From positions 83,557 through 147,556 of the forward strand of contig CAYZGT010000001.1 of NCBI GenBank assembly GCA_964478155.1: 64,000 bases of DNA. The letters are read 5' to 3'. The number at the start of each line of letters is the position of its first letter. Positions within the stretch are counted from its first letter, which is position 1. This DNA comes from an uncultured Simplicispira sp. (GTDB taxonomy: Bacteria; Pseudomonadota; Gammaproteobacteria; Burkholderiales; Burkholderiaceae_C). The translations under genes were made by a program, and so were the position numbers. Under the pieces are notes generated by a model. That model did not search any database. It saw only the letters and a list, made by a program, of their open reading frames with translations, and was not told where the DNA came from. Shown here piece after piece: positions 1 through 9,871 of this stretch.

Positions 1-283
1 CGATCAGCATGTCCTCTCTCTCGCCACCGTGTCGGGCAATCCAGCCCACCAGTAGAGCAGCCAACACAGCGGCGACCGCCGCACCAGCCAGAGGGTCAGC
101 ATTCCACCAGTGTGCAACGCCCATGCCGCCTAGCACCGCATGCGCAATGCCTCCAGCCATGAACGTGATGCGTTTGACCACGACCAGCGTCCCTATCACG
201 CCCGAAGCTACCGCCGCTAATAAGCCAGCGAACAGCGCCACTCGCAGAAATTCGTGTGCCCACAGGGCTTCGATGAAATTCAC
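1..283 (-). CDS. znuB: Zn/Mn ABC transporter permease (ZnuB/ABC-3 family), 3' part runs off the window
   Basis: GTG at 283 overlaps the znuC stop. Manual translation MNFIEALWAHEFLRVALFAGLLAAVASGVIGTLVVVKRITFMAGGIAHAVLGG is a typical ABC-3 permease N-terminus. Not in the ORF track. Confidence 0.9.
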   Translation of the reverse strand, partial: MNFIEALWAHEFLRVALFAGLLAAVASGVIGTLVVVKRITFMAGGIAHAVLGGMGVAHWWNADPLAGAAVAAVLAALLVGWIARHGGEREDMLI

Positions 284-1038
284 CGCAATGCCTCCGCCAG
301 TTCCCGATCAGCGTGGTCGATGACTCTGACAGGCATGCCATAGAGCCGCTCCAGCACGCCGGGCTCCAGCGGTTGTGCTGCATGGCAACTGAGGCTGATA
401 TTCAGGCAGGCGATCCGATCGACATGGCGGGATACCAGTCCCACGTCGTGTGACACCATCACGATCGCCATACGCGCCCGCAGATCGTTGAGCAGGCTGA
501 ACAGGTCGTGCTCGACACGTGTGTCGACATGGGCCGTTGGTTCATCCAGCAGCAGGAGTTGTGGCTCGGTGGCCAGTGCCCGGGCGATCAAAACCCGCTG
601 CAACTGCCCTCCCGAGAGCTTGGCAATAGGGCGGCTAGCCAAGTCCAGTACATCAGTGGCATTCATGGCCTGAGTCGCGGCCTCCTGGTCTTTTGGTGTT
701 AAGGGCTTCCACCAGGCACGCAGGCCCAAGCGTCCATGCAACACCGTCTCGCGAACACTCAGGGGGAAGTCCCGCCTGAAGGTTGCGAACTGCGGCACGT
801 AGCCCAAGCGGGGACGAGCCTGCTTCGGTGTCACCCCAAGGACTTGGATCTCCCCCCGATCGGGTTGGACAAGACCCAGCGCGAGCTTGACCAGCGTGCT
901 CTTACCCCCGCCGTTGGGTCCGACCAGGGCGACGAATTCCCCATGCTCGACCCTCAGGCTAACGTTGCCGAGCACGATGCGCTGCCCATAGGAGAAGTCC
1001 ACATGGTCAAAGGTTAGCGCGGGGGCGTTCGCTGTCAT
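280..1038 (-). CDS. znuC: Zn/Mn ABC transporter ATP-binding protein
   Basis: Walker A GPNGGGKS, signature LSGGQ, Walker B LLLLDEP, GYVPQ; lies between the SBP and the permease. Confidence 0.92.
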   Translation of the reverse strand: MTANAPALTFDHVDFSYGQRIVLGNVSLRVEHGEFVALVGPNGGGKSTLVKLALGLVQPDRGEIQVLGVTPKQARPRLGYVPQFATFRRDFPLSVRETVLHGRLGLRAWWKPLTPKDQEAATQAMNATDVLDLASRPIAKLSGGQLQRVLIARALATEPQLLLLDEPTAHVDTRVEHDLFSLLNDLRARMAIVMVSHDVGLVSRHVDRIACLNISLSCHAAQPLEPGVLERLYGMPVRVIDHADRELAEALR

Positions 1039-1934
1039 TGCAATCCGCGAACCAAGGCTTGCCCGACATCATGCATGTTGCCAACAAAGTCTTCCGCCAG
1101 TGGGTCGATTGCCACCACCTCACCCCCAATCGCGCGGGCGACCTGCTCGGCGGCGGTGCGGCTGAACTGCTTTTGCACAAAGATCACACGGATCCCTTCT
1201 GCTTTGGCACGATCAATGATCCGTGCCAGCGCCTGCGGGCTAGGCTCCTTGCCTTCGATCTCGATAGGCATCTGTTGCAGACGGTAGGCATCTGCCAAAT
1301 ACCCCCAGGCCGGGTGGAATACCATGAAGCGGCGTTGAACTTTGTCCGACAGCAGCTGTCGGAGTTCCATGTCAAGCACATCCAACTCGGTGATATATCG
1401 TTCATAGCCCGCGTCGAAGCGTGCCTTCTCAGTTGGGCGCATAGCAACCAGTGCATCGCGAATGTTGGCGGCTTGCTGTTTCACCAAAGGAGGACTCGTC
1501 CAGATGTGTGGATCCAGACGTTTCTCGCTGGTCGCTGCGGTTTGGCCCCCGGGCTGAGTGGCATGGTCGTGCCGATCGATGGGCAGCAAGGCGATCCCTT
1601 GGCGAGTGTCCACCAGCTTCAGGCTAGGATACGCCTGCTGGATTTTGGACATCCAGGTGTTCTCGAATGGCACGCCGATGCGAAAGTACAACTGTGCCCG
1701 TGAGAGTGCCACCATCTGTTGTGGGTTGGGCTCGTAGGTGGCCGGGCTCTGCCCGGGCAGAACCAGCACATCCACCTTGACGGCCTCTCCACCAATGCGT
1801 TGGACGATTTGCTTTTGCGGCAGGATGCTCACATACACGCCTAAAGGCTCTGCTGCCTGCGCCTGCGTCATGAGTGCCGCACCCACCAATGCGAGAGCCG
1901 AGATCCACTTCAACCACTTTGATTGGTCAAACAT
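1035..1934 (-). CDS. znuA: Zn ABC transporter substrate-binding protein (ZnuA/TroA family)
   Basis: Signal peptide, PATYEP, DPHIWTSP, VFHPAWGY and EGKEPS motifs. Confidence 0.9.
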   Translation of the reverse strand: MFDQSKWLKWISALALVGAALMTQAQAAEPLGVYVSILPQKQIVQRIGGEAVKVDVLVLPGQSPATYEPNPQQMVALSRAQLYFRIGVPFENTWMSKIQQAYPSLKLVDTRQGIALLPIDRHDHATQPGGQTAATSEKRLDPHIWTSPPLVKQQAANIRDALVAMRPTEKARFDAGYERYITELDVLDMELRQLLSDKVQRRFMVFHPAWGYLADAYRLQQMPIEIEGKEPSPQALARIIDRAKAEGIRVIFVQKQFSRTAAEQVARAIGGEVVAIDPLAEDFVGNMHDVGQALVRGLQ

Positions 1935-1998
1935 ATTGCATGACTCCTTGATAAAAACGTTGATGCGTGAGTCGTGCTCCAGCTAAAGCGGTATGGAT

Positions 1999-2343
1999 TC
2001 ACGGAGAAGATGCACATTCAGGAAAAACTCGGCTCCCACGAACCCAAATGGCTGGATTTTGCGCCATTGCTTCGTCACTCAACAGACAGGAATCCAATCG
2101 TGTCCGCAACGAAGCCTCGTCGATGTCCATGCCAATCAGCACAATTTCCTGCCGTGCATCGCCTGCCCGAGACCAAAACCCGGCCAGCGTGGGATGGCTG
2201 GCCAACCAGAGGTTGCCTTTGGAGTGAACGACACCGTGCCATTCGCTCACCAGTTCTACATCGATGTAGACCTCGGACATGGCATTCACAATGACCGCAA
2301 CACGTCACCCCTCTAGGTTGTTGAGGAGGTGGTTGAGTAACGT
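1999..2343 (-). pseudogene. Collapsed COG0523/CobW GTPase pseudogene
   Basis: Reads TLLNHLLNNLEG*RVAVIVNAMSEVYIDVELV|SEWHGVVHSKGNLWLASHPTLAGFWSRAG|DARQEIVLIG. Colinear with the intact cobW at 32081-33295 but with an internal stop and two large in-frame deletions. Confidence 0.9.
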
Positions 2344-2430
2344 AAACTAGCCTGCCCTAAAAAACCGGACAGTAGGGTCACGGACAAGCAACTGGTCGTT
2401 GACTGCATGTGTTCTAAACACCCTTATTGC

Positions 2431-2452
2431 TAATGATAATGCATTATCATTA
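2431..2452. promoter_or_regulatory. Perfect 22-bp palindrome, Fur-box-like operator
   Basis: TAATGATAATGCATTATCATTA is its own reverse complement; contains TGATAAT-N2-ATTATCA; upstream of the fur-family gene. Confidence 0.75.
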
Positions 2453-2518
2453 ATAAGTCAGCACAATCCCAGAATCCACGCAAAAAGTGCCCTTGAAGGG
2501 CGGAGATACTGGATACCC

Positions 2519-2920
2519 ATGGAACGAAAGACCCGACAGCATCAAGCCATCTATGAAGTGATCGTTGCCGCTCATCGTCCCTTGCTGGCCCAGGAAGTTC
2601 TGGCTCTAGCGTCGTTAGCGGTACCTCGGTTGTCTCTGGCGACGGTTTACCGAAACCTCAAAACCTTGCAAGACGAGGGCGACATCAGGACGGTTGTGCT
2701 GCCGGGACAAAATCCTCGCTATGAGCTGGCCAGTCGCTCTCATCATCATCATTTCCAGTGTCGTCAGTGCGAAAGGGTTTTTGATCTAGAGGCTTGTCCG
2801 GGTAATCTGGATTGCTTGGCACCGTCGGGCTTCACGGTCGAAGACCACGAGATCATCTTGTATGGGAGGTGCGACGGCTGCTCTACCGACCAAGTGCAGT
2901 CGCATGAGTTAGCTCCCTGA
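2519..2920 (+). CDS. Fur-family transcriptional regulator
   Basis: TRQH..I, SLATVYRNL, HHHHFQCRQC and C-terminal CDGC; ATG at 2519 preferred over the TTG at 2399. Confidence 0.92.
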   Translation: MERKTRQHQAIYEVIVAAHRPLLAQEVLALASLAVPRLSLATVYRNLKTLQDEGDIRTVVLPGQNPRYELASRSHHHHFQCRQCERVFDLEACPGNLDCLAPSGFTVEDHEIILYGRCDGCSTDQVQSHELAP

Positions 2921-3264
2921 AAGACTGTCCGGTTGGTATGCCTTAAACTAAGAAACAGGAATACGGCCCTGGATATGACGATGTCTTCAGTAACGCCCAC
3001 TTGGGTGCAAGTGGTGACAAGCGTTCAGCGCCGCAGACGCTGGATTCCTGAGGTCACCTAGGGGGCCGAAACGGTGCTTTCGGGCTGGAATGCGGGGTAG
3101 AAATGCAAGCCTCGGGTTAGCCACTGCCAACACCCACCGGCGGGGCGTAGCCTGTATCTGGGCTTGAAAGGGAATCCCCGCTGAGGAGCTCCCGTTTGGA
3201 ACATGGATCTCTTTCACATAAAAAAGGCTGAAGCAGCCCTGCTCTGGCACTGGATTGATTTCGC

Positions 3265-3298
3265 AAAATCGGCGGAGCGCTCGCAGTTCGCTCCGCCG
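3265..3298 (-). terminator. Probable intrinsic terminator of metE
   Basis: 10-bp perfect stem CGGCGGAGCG/CGCTCCGCCG followed by ATTTT on the minus strand, 20 bp after the metE stop. Confidence 0.65.
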
Positions 3299-3318
3299 GT
3301 TTAACCTTGAAACTGGTG

Positions 3319-5610
3319 TCAGGCCAGTTCAGCACGCAGGGTTTTGGCAGCGGCAACCATGTGCGTGAGGGCTGGGATGACTTCAGGCCACTGGCGCGTC
3401 TTGAGACCGCAGTCGGGATTGACCCACAGGCGTTCGGCGGGCACCCGTTCTGCTGCCTTCTTCATCAGCTCGACCATGTGCTGCTCGCTGGGAATGTTGG
3501 GCGAATGGATGTCATAAACACCAGGGCCAATCTCGTTGGGGTAGCTGAAGTCGTCGAACGCATCGAGCAATTCCATGTCCGAGCGTGAGGTCTCAATAGT
3601 GATGACATCGGCATCCATCTCAGCGATGGAAGCGATGATGTCGTTGAACTCGGAATAGCACATATGGGTGTGAATCTGGGTTTCATCGCGCACACCGTTG
3701 GCGGTGATGCGGAAACTTTCCACTGCCCAGTCAAGGTAGTTCTTCCATTGGGAACCGCGCAGCGGCAGACCCTCGCGCAGCGCGGCCTCGTCGATCTGAA
3801 TCACCCGCACACCAGCCCGTTCCAGATCCAACACTTCTTCGCGGATAGCCAGTGCCAGTTGGCGGCACGATTCTGAGCGCGGTTGGTCGTCGCGCACAAA
3901 AGACCAGTTGAGGATGGTGACTGGGCCGGTGAGCATACCCTTCATAGGCTTGCTCGTCAGGGACTGGGCATAGGTGATCCACTCCACCGTCATGGCGCGC
4001 GGGCGGCTGATGTCGCCAAACAGAATCGGTGGCTTCACGCAGCGCGAGCCATACGATTGCACCCAGCCAAACTGGCTGAAAGCATAACCCTCAAGCTGCT
4101 CGCCGAAATACTCGACCATATCGTTACGCTCGGCCTCACCATGCACCAGCACATCCAGCCCCAAGGCTTCCTGTTCACGTACGGCGCGTTCAATTTCTTG
4201 GCGCATGGCGGCTTGGTAGCTTGCCAGATCCAGTCGGCCCGCCTTGAATTCGCTGCGCGCATGGCGGATTTCAGGCGTTTGCGGGAACGAGCCAATGGTG
4301 GTGGTCGGAAACGGGGGCAGTTGCAGCAGTGCCGCTTGCTTGGGTGCGCGTTGGCTATAGGGGCTCTCGCGGCGGCCCAAATCACTGGTGATCTTGGATA
4401 CAGCCAGCTTGACGGCTGGGTTATTCACGCGCGGTGAAGCGCGGCGTGCCGAGAGTGCTGTTTGGTTGGTGAGCAAAGCTTCGCGTACCGAATCACGACC
4501 TGCGTTCAGGGCCTGGGCTAACACTTGAAGCTCCACCAACTTCTGGCGGGCAAAGGCCAGCCACGACAGGATTTCCGCATCCAGCTTTTGCTCGCTGGCC
4601 AAGTCTACTGGCACATGCAGCAGCGAGCACGAGGGTGCAATCCACAGGCGCTGACCCAACTGCTGCGCTAGCGGTTCTAGCCAATCCAAGGTGGCATGGA
4701 GGTCGGTTTTCCAGATATTGCGGCCATTGATCACGCCCAGCGACAGCACCTTGTGTGGGGACAGCAGGTTGATGAGCGGCTGCACACCATCACGGTCGTT
4801 GATCGCGTCTATATGTAGACCGGCTACCGGCAGATTCGCCGCTAAGTAGGTGTTCTCTTGGAGTTGACCAAAGTAGGTTGCTAGCAATAGCTTGAGCTTG
4901 GTAGCTTTGAGGTGGTGATAGGCAATGTTGAAAGCGTGTTGCCAATCGGCATCCAACTCGGTGACGAGGATGGGCTCGTCGATTTGCACCCATTCCACCC
5001 CTTCACCGGCCAAGGTTTCGAGTAGTTCGGCATATACCGGCAGCAGCCGCTCCAGCAAAGCCAGACGATTGGAGCCGTCCTTGCTTTTGCCGATGGCCAG
5101 GTAGGTTACGGGGCCAATGATGACCGGCTTGGCCTTTACGCCTTGGGCACGGGCTTCGGCCAGTTGCTCTAACAGGCGACTGGCATCCAGTTTAAATTCA
5201 GTCGCTGCCGTGAACTCGGGCACGATGTAGTGGTAGTTGGTATCAAACCACTTGGTCATCTCACCTGCGGCTACGCCACCACAGCCCGCATGGGCCTCGG
5301 CCGTTTGGGCTGAGCGGCCACGCGCCACGCGGAAGTAATTGTCTAAGGAGTCGCCATGAAAGTCACGCACCCGCTCAGGCAGGTTGCCCAGTGTGAAACT
5401 CATGTCCAACACTTGGTCGTAGAACGAGAAATCTCCCACTGGAGCCCAGTCTAGCGGTGCTTGGTCGGCCCAGTGTTGCTGCCGCAGGCTAGCGCCCAGT
5501 GTCTTCAGGTCGGAGAGCGAGGATTGGCCTTTCCAGTAGGACTCCAGCGCGAACTTGAGTTCGCGCTGGGCACCGATGCGGGGAAAGCCGAGGTTGTGTG
5601 TTGTGACCAT
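3319..5610 (-). CDS. metE: Cobalamin-independent methionine synthase
   Basis: [32 protein letters not shown]; 763 aa. Confidence 0.98.
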   Translation of the reverse strand: MVTTHNLGFPRIGAQRELKFALESYWKGQSSLSDLKTLGASLRQQHWADQAPLDWAPVGDFSFYDQVLDMSFTLGNLPERVRDFHGDSLDNYFRVARGRSAQTAEAHAGCGGVAAGEMTKWFDTNYHYIVPEFTAATEFKLDASRLLEQLAEARAQGVKAKPVIIGPVTYLAIGKSKDGSNRLALLERLLPVYAELLETLAGEGVEWVQIDEPILVTELDADWQHAFNIAYHHLKATKLKLLLATYFGQLQENTYLAANLPVAGLHIDAINDRDGVQPLINLLSPHKVLSLGVINGRNIWKTDLHATLDWLEPLAQQLGQRLWIAPSCSLLHVPVDLASEQKLDAEILSWLAFARQKLVELQVLAQALNAGRDSVREALLTNQTALSARRASPRVNNPAVKLAVSKITSDLGRRESPYSQRAPKQAALLQLPPFPTTTIGSFPQTPEIRHARSEFKAGRLDLASYQAAMRQEIERAVREQEALGLDVLVHGEAERNDMVEYFGEQLEGYAFSQFGWVQSYGSRCVKPPILFGDISRPRAMTVEWITYAQSLTSKPMKGMLTGPVTILNWSFVRDDQPRSESCRQLALAIREEVLDLERAGVRVIQIDEAALREGLPLRGSQWKNYLDWAVESFRITANGVRDETQIHTHMCYSEFNDIIASIAEMDADVITIETSRSDMELLDAFDDFSYPNEIGPGVYDIHSPNIPSEQHMVELMKKAAERVPAERLWVNPDCGLKTRQWPEVIPALTHMVAAAKTLRAELA

Positions 5611-5679
5611 AGTGTCTTCTTCAATGTCATCTGAGTTCGAGATGCCGTGAGGTTAAAGACATGCTTGGATTAAGTAAAA

Positions 5680-5713
5680 TGATCTTATTTCAGGAATTAA
5701 TAAATTCTATTCA
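5680..5713. promoter_or_regulatory. Two MetR-box-like sites
   Basis: TGATCTTATTTCA (5680-5692) and TAAATTCTATTCA (5701-5713) resemble TGAA-N5-TTCA, in the metE/metR divergent gap. Confidence 0.55.
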
Positions 5714-5722
5714 TGAAAAGCC

Positions 5723-6619
5723 ATGATCGAACGTAGTCACTTGGCCATTATTCGGGAGGTCGATCGGCAGGGTTCGATGACGGCGGCGGCCTCTACCCTG
5801 TGCCTCACCCAGCCCGCATTGAGCCACGCCATGAAAAAATTGGAGCAGCTGATAGGCACTGATATCTGGTTGCGTGAAGGCCGCAGTCTGCGTTTGACCC
5901 AAGCGGGCCAGTACCTGTTGGCGGTGGCTAATCGGGTGTTGCCACAACTGGAGCTGGCCGAGGAGCGCATGCGACAGTTTGCTCAGGGCGAGCGGGGCAC
6001 GTTGCGCATCGGCATGGAATGCCACCCTTGTTACCAATGGCTGCTGAAGATCGTGGCCCCCTACTTGGCCGCTTGGCCTGATGTTGAAGTGGACGTGAAG
6101 CAGAAGTTCCAATTCGGCGGTATCGGTGCGCTGTTCGGCTTTGAGATTGATCTGCTGGTGACACCAGATCCGGTGTTCAAGCCAGGTCTGCACTTTGAGC
6201 CGGTGTTCGATTACGAGCAGGTGTTGGTGGTGAGCAATCAGCACCGATTGGCGCATCAGGTTTTTGTGGAACCGGCACAGTTGACATCGGAGGTCTTGCT
6301 CAGTTACCCGGTGCCCCCGGAGCGCTTGGACATTTACCAGCAGTTTCTGTTGCCCGCTGGGATGTTACCACACCGCCACAAACCGATCGAAAACACCGAC
6401 ATCATGCTGCAGATGGTCGCTAGTGGCCGAGGTGTCACTGCGCTGCCACGCTGGTTGGTAGAGGAGTATGCGGTGCGGTTAGCCATCAAGCCTGTGAGGT
6501 TGGGGCCGCAGGGTATCGCCAAACAAATCTACTTGGGTGCGAGAGAAGCTGATATGCAGATTGATTATTTACAAGCCCTGGTTGCACTGGCGCGCACCTC
6601 GAAGCATACGCTTGGCTGA
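5723..6619 (+). CDS. metR: LysR-family regulator MetR
   Basis: LysR HTH (LTQPALSH), MetR-type ECHPCYQWL; divergent from metE. Confidence 0.92.
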   Translation: MIERSHLAIIREVDRQGSMTAAASTLCLTQPALSHAMKKLEQLIGTDIWLREGRSLRLTQAGQYLLAVANRVLPQLELAEERMRQFAQGERGTLRIGMECHPCYQWLLKIVAPYLAAWPDVEVDVKQKFQFGGIGALFGFEIDLLVTPDPVFKPGLHFEPVFDYEQVLVVSNQHRLAHQVFVEPAQLTSEVLLSYPVPPERLDIYQQFLLPAGMLPHRHKPIENTDIMLQMVASGRGVTALPRWLVEEYAVRLAIKPVRLGPQGIAKQIYLGAREADMQIDYLQALVALARTSKHTLG

Positions 6620-6625
6620 GCGCCC

Positions 6626-8080
6626 CTACTGAAGTGCGATTTTTTTTGCGCTGCCTGTACTCTGCTCGACGAGTGATCCATAAGGTGCAGACTGACTTTG
6701 GTTCTCGTCCACGGCCAAAGCTCGACCGACAAATGGAAAGGCCCGCTGCGGGCAGTCCTCTCGTTCACACACCTTGCAGCCCATACCGATGGGTGTGGCC
6801 GCTTCTGGGTTCTGCAAGTCCAAGCCTTTTGCATAAACCAGCCGATGTGCATGGCGTACATCGCAACCCAATCCGACAGAAAACGTTCTGCGTGGTGCGC
6901 CATAACCCGCCTCACCATGGGTGACGGTGTGTGCAATCCACAGGTAGCGGCGGCCGTCCGGCATGCTGGACAACTGTGTCAAGATTTGGCCCGGTCGGGA
7001 GAATGCCTCATAGACGTTCCACAGCGGGCAGGTACCACCGATGCGGCTGAAGTGAAAGTGGGTAGCCGATTGGCGCTTGGAGATGTTGCCGGCCCGATCC
7101 ACCCGCACAAAGAAGAAGGGTACGCCTGGTGAGCCCAGCCGCTGCAAGGTGCTAAGCCGATGACAGACGGTTTCAAGCCCAACACCAAAGCGTCTTCCCA
7201 GCAGTTCGATGTCGTAGCGCAGTGTCTCAGCCGCCTGCAGAAAACCCGTGTAGGGCAGTAGCAAGGCTCCGGCAAAGTAGTTGGCCAGCCCCACTCTGAC
7301 CAACTTACGAGCGGGTTGGTTCTTGGTAAAAGGTGGAACTTTGATCAACTCATCGATGGTCGATGAGAACTCCATCAAGGCCAGCTGTGTCGCCATTTGA
7401 AATGATTGCTGTGCCGGTTCGAGGTGAGCCGATAGGGTCAAGGTGGATTGGACGGGATCAAAATGACGCTTGCTGCGCTGAGCCGACCGATCCCTCTGAA
7501 CTTTGACTCCGTGGGTTTCTAGCCGCTGTTCTAGCCATGCATCTAGTTTCATTGAGGGGGCTTTGGCTTGTGCCTGTTGGGCCAATCCTTCGGCTGCACG
7601 ATCCAAAGAATCAAAGTAATTTTGGTGCGAGAAAAAGAAATCACGCACCAATTCGAAAGGCTGGCTGATGACGGGTTCGTCATGATTGCGACCATCGCCC
7701 AACTGCAGCGACAGGGATTCCAATCGCCCAATCAGTTCATGTTGGCGGCGATGTAGATCGATCACGGCTTGCGCTAAGGCTGGCATCTGGGAGGCTACCT
7801 CTTGAAACTCCGGCAGCGATATCGGTTGTGTGGCCTCGGCCAATGCCTCTTTCAACCCCGCCAATAGACGCGCCTCCTCGTCTTCTGAGAATTCTTGGAT
7901 GTCAATGCCCATCGCACGGTTGAGCTTGAGCAGCACCGATACCGTGAACGGCCGTTGATTCTGTTCGAGTTGATTCAAGTAACTGGGCGAGAGTCCCAGC
8001 GCTTGGGCCAGTGCAATCTGTGACATGCCGCGTTCAGCACGCAGTTTGCGCAGTTTGATGCCCATGAAAGTTTTTTTCAT
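6626..8080 (-). CDS. prpR: XRE-family short-chain fatty acyl-CoA regulator (ScfR; PrpR/PccR/RamB-like)
   Basis: N-terminal HTH_3 (SPSYLNQLE), RVDRAGNISKR, CPLWNV, C-terminal CKVCEREDCPQR; divergent from the prp operon. Confidence 0.9.
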   Translation of the reverse strand: MKKTFMGIKLRKLRAERGMSQIALAQALGLSPSYLNQLEQNQRPFTVSVLLKLNRAMGIDIQEFSEDEEARLLAGLKEALAEATQPISLPEFQEVASQMPALAQAVIDLHRRQHELIGRLESLSLQLGDGRNHDEPVISQPFELVRDFFFSHQNYFDSLDRAAEGLAQQAQAKAPSMKLDAWLEQRLETHGVKVQRDRSAQRSKRHFDPVQSTLTLSAHLEPAQQSFQMATQLALMEFSSTIDELIKVPPFTKNQPARKLVRVGLANYFAGALLLPYTGFLQAAETLRYDIELLGRRFGVGLETVCHRLSTLQRLGSPGVPFFFVRVDRAGNISKRQSATHFHFSRIGGTCPLWNVYEAFSRPGQILTQLSSMPDGRRYLWIAHTVTHGEAGYGAPRRTFSVGLGCDVRHAHRLVYAKGLDLQNPEAATPIGMGCKVCEREDCPQRAFPFVGRALAVDENQSQSAPYGSLVEQSTGSAKKIALQ

Positions 8081-8099
8081 CGTTGTCTGTCTCCAGAAT

Positions 8100-8198
8100 G
8101 AATGAAATTCGCAAAATTCGCTAATTTGCGCATTTCATTCGCAAAAATTCGCCAATTCAGTGGTTTTCTAGGGGCCATATTTTGCGTAAATTGCGAAT
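8100..8198. promoter_or_regulatory. Array of TTCGC/TTTGC repeats, probable PrpR operator
   Basis: TTCGCAAAATTCGC and TTCGCAAAAATTCGC repeats; 15/16 inverted repeat 8100-8115 vs 8125-8140; resembles the ScfR-family TTTGCAAA motif. Confidence 0.65.
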
Positions 8199-8199
8199 C

Positions 8200-8598
8200 A
8201 TGACAAGCCCTCTTGGAACCGTTGAATTACGCGAACTGGTGTTACCTGCCTTGGCTAACCACCACGGCACCCTCTTTGCTGGTCAGAGCCTGCAGTTGTT
8301 GGCCAAAGCAGCCTTCTTGGCTGCCCGCAGCTTGGCGCAGCGTGAAGTGGTCATGGCGAGTGTGAGCGGTGTGGACTTCCTGCAACCCGTGCCAGTCGGT
8401 CACCAGCTACTGCTGCGGGCCTGGGTCAGCCGGGTTGGCCGTAGCTCGATGACGGTGTGCGTTACTGCCTTGGCCGATGCGCCCGGCGTGCCGCAAGACC
8501 AGGTGCTCAAGGGGGTGTTTGAAATGGTGGCGGTCGATGCGCTAGGCCGCCCTGCAACGATGGATTGTTCTTATATTCAACAGGAGACCCCGACATGA
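8200..8598 (+). CDS. Hotdog-fold acyl-CoA thioesterase (YciA-like)
   Basis: [33 protein letters not shown] at 8200. Confidence 0.85.
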   Translation: MTSPLGTVELRELVLPALANHHGTLFAGQSLQLLAKAAFLAARSLAQREVVMASVSGVDFLQPVPVGHQLLLRAWVSRVGRSSMTVCVTALADAPGVPQDQVLKGVFEMVAVDALGRPATMDCSYIQQETPT

Positions 8599-9758
8599 GT
8601 TCCGAGACATTGCAAGCCCCAGTGACCTTGAAGCCCAAGAAATCCGTTGCCCTGTCGGGCACGGCGGCTGGCAACACTGCCCTGTGTACCGTAGGCCGCA
8701 CCGGCAATGACCTGCACTACCGAGGCTACGACATCCTCGACATCGCTGAGGTGTGCGAGTTTGAGGAGATCGCCCACCTGTTGGTGCATGGCAAGCTGCC
8801 CACACGGGCTGAGCTCAAGGCCTACAAGGCCAAACTCAAGGCTTTGCGTGGCCTGCCCGGCAGCGTGAAAGCGGCGCTGGAGCAACTGCCCGCCGCTAGC
8901 CATCCGATGGATGTGATGCGTACCGGTGTCTCGGCTCTGGGTTGTGCATTGCCGGAAAAGGACGACCATAACCTGCCCGGCGCACGTGATATTGCCGACC
9001 GCCTGATGGCCAGTTTGGGCAGCATGCTGCTGTACTGGTACCACTTCAGTAACTCGGGCCGCCGCATCGAGGTGGAGACGGATGACGAATCGATTGGCGG
9101 CCATTTCCTGCATCTGCTGCACGGTGACAAGCCGTCCGAGGGTTGGGTGCGCGCCATGCACACCTCGCTCAACCTGTACGCCGAGCACGAGTTCAATGCC
9201 AGCACCTTCACGGCCCGTGTGATTGCTGGCACCGGCAGTGACATGTATTCGAGTATTGCCGGGGCTATTGGTGCGTTGCGCGGCCCCAAGCACGGCGGTG
9301 CCAACGAGGTGGCGTTTGAGATCCAGAAGCGCTATGACAACCCGGATCAGGCCGAGGCCGACATCCGTCGCCGCATGGAGGCCAAGGAGGTGGTGATTGG
9401 CTTTGGTCACCCGGTATACACCGTGAGCGACCCGCGTAACGTGATTATCAAGGGTGTGGCCAAGCGCCTGTCGGAGGAGGCCGGATCAACCAAGATGTAC
9501 GACATCGCCGAGCGACTCGAATCCGTGATGTGGGAAGTCAAGAAGATGTTCCCGAACCTGGACTGGTTCAGTGCCGTGAGCTACCACATGATGCAAGTGC
9601 CCACCGCCATGTTCACGCCGCTGTTCGTCATTGCCCGCACCAGCGGCTGGGCTGCGCATGTGATTGAGCAGCGCGTGGACGGCAAGATTATCCGACCCAG
9701 TGCCAATTACACCGGGCCGGAAGACCAAAAGTTTGTGCCGATTGAAGAGCGCCGTTGA
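8595..9758 (+). CDS. prpC: 2-methylcitrate synthase
   Basis: [42 protein letters not shown] before ATG 8595. Confidence 0.97.
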   Translation: MSSETLQAPVTLKPKKSVALSGTAAGNTALCTVGRTGNDLHYRGYDILDIAEVCEFEEIAHLLVHGKLPTRAELKAYKAKLKALRGLPGSVKAALEQLPAASHPMDVMRTGVSALGCALPEKDDHNLPGARDIADRLMASLGSMLLYWYHFSNSGRRIEVETDDESIGGHFLHLLHGDKPSEGWVRAMHTSLNLYAEHEFNASTFTARVIAGTGSDMYSSIAGAIGALRGPKHGGANEVAFEIQKRYDNPDQAEADIRRRMEAKEVVIGFGHPVYTVSDPRNVIIKGVAKRLSEEAGSTKMYDIAERLESVMWEVKKMFPNLDWFSAVSYHMMQVPTAMFTPLFVIARTSGWAAHVIEQRVDGKIIRPSANYTGPEDQKFVPIEERR

Positions 9759-9771
9759 ACCTCCAAAGATA

Positions 9772-9847
9772 GCTACCAACGCTTGTTCAGCAGATTTTTT
9801 ACTACCTATTTCTGCACTGAAAGTAACGCTGAGCAAGCGCTGGTAGC
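9772..9847. repeat. REP-like inverted repeat
   Basis: GCTACCAACGCTTGTTCAGC (9772-9791) vs GCTGAGCAAGCGCTGGTAGC (9828-9847), 18/20 inverted; resembles the GCT..AGCGCTTG intergenic repeats recalled from Comamonadaceae. Confidence 0.55.
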
Positions 9848-9871
9848 CCACAAAAAAGCCACCTGCTCCCT

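Larger units (their letters stand above)
2348..3061 (+). mobile_element. IS3-family (IS2-subgroup-like) left-end remnant, interrupted by a fur gene
   Basis: IR-like TAGCCTGCCCTAAAAAACCGGACAGT at 2348-2373 and its inverted partner ACTGTCCGGTT at 2924-2934. OrfA N-terminal stub MTMSSVTPTWVQVVTSVQRRRRWIPEVT* at 2975-3061; VQRRRRW is recalled as typical of IS2-group OrfA. Confidence 0.65.

Noticed and set aside
3058..3204. Minus-strand 48-codon ORF MFQTGAPQRGFPFKPRY..., faintly like an aldehyde dehydrogenase N-terminus
   Set aside because: Only about 6 residues of resemblance; cannot be supported without a search.
2950..3260. Possible cobalamin or SAM riboswitch near metE
   Set aside because: It lies downstream of metE, no B12-box was seen, and part is explained by the IS stub. 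The metE upstream gap is short and MetR-type.
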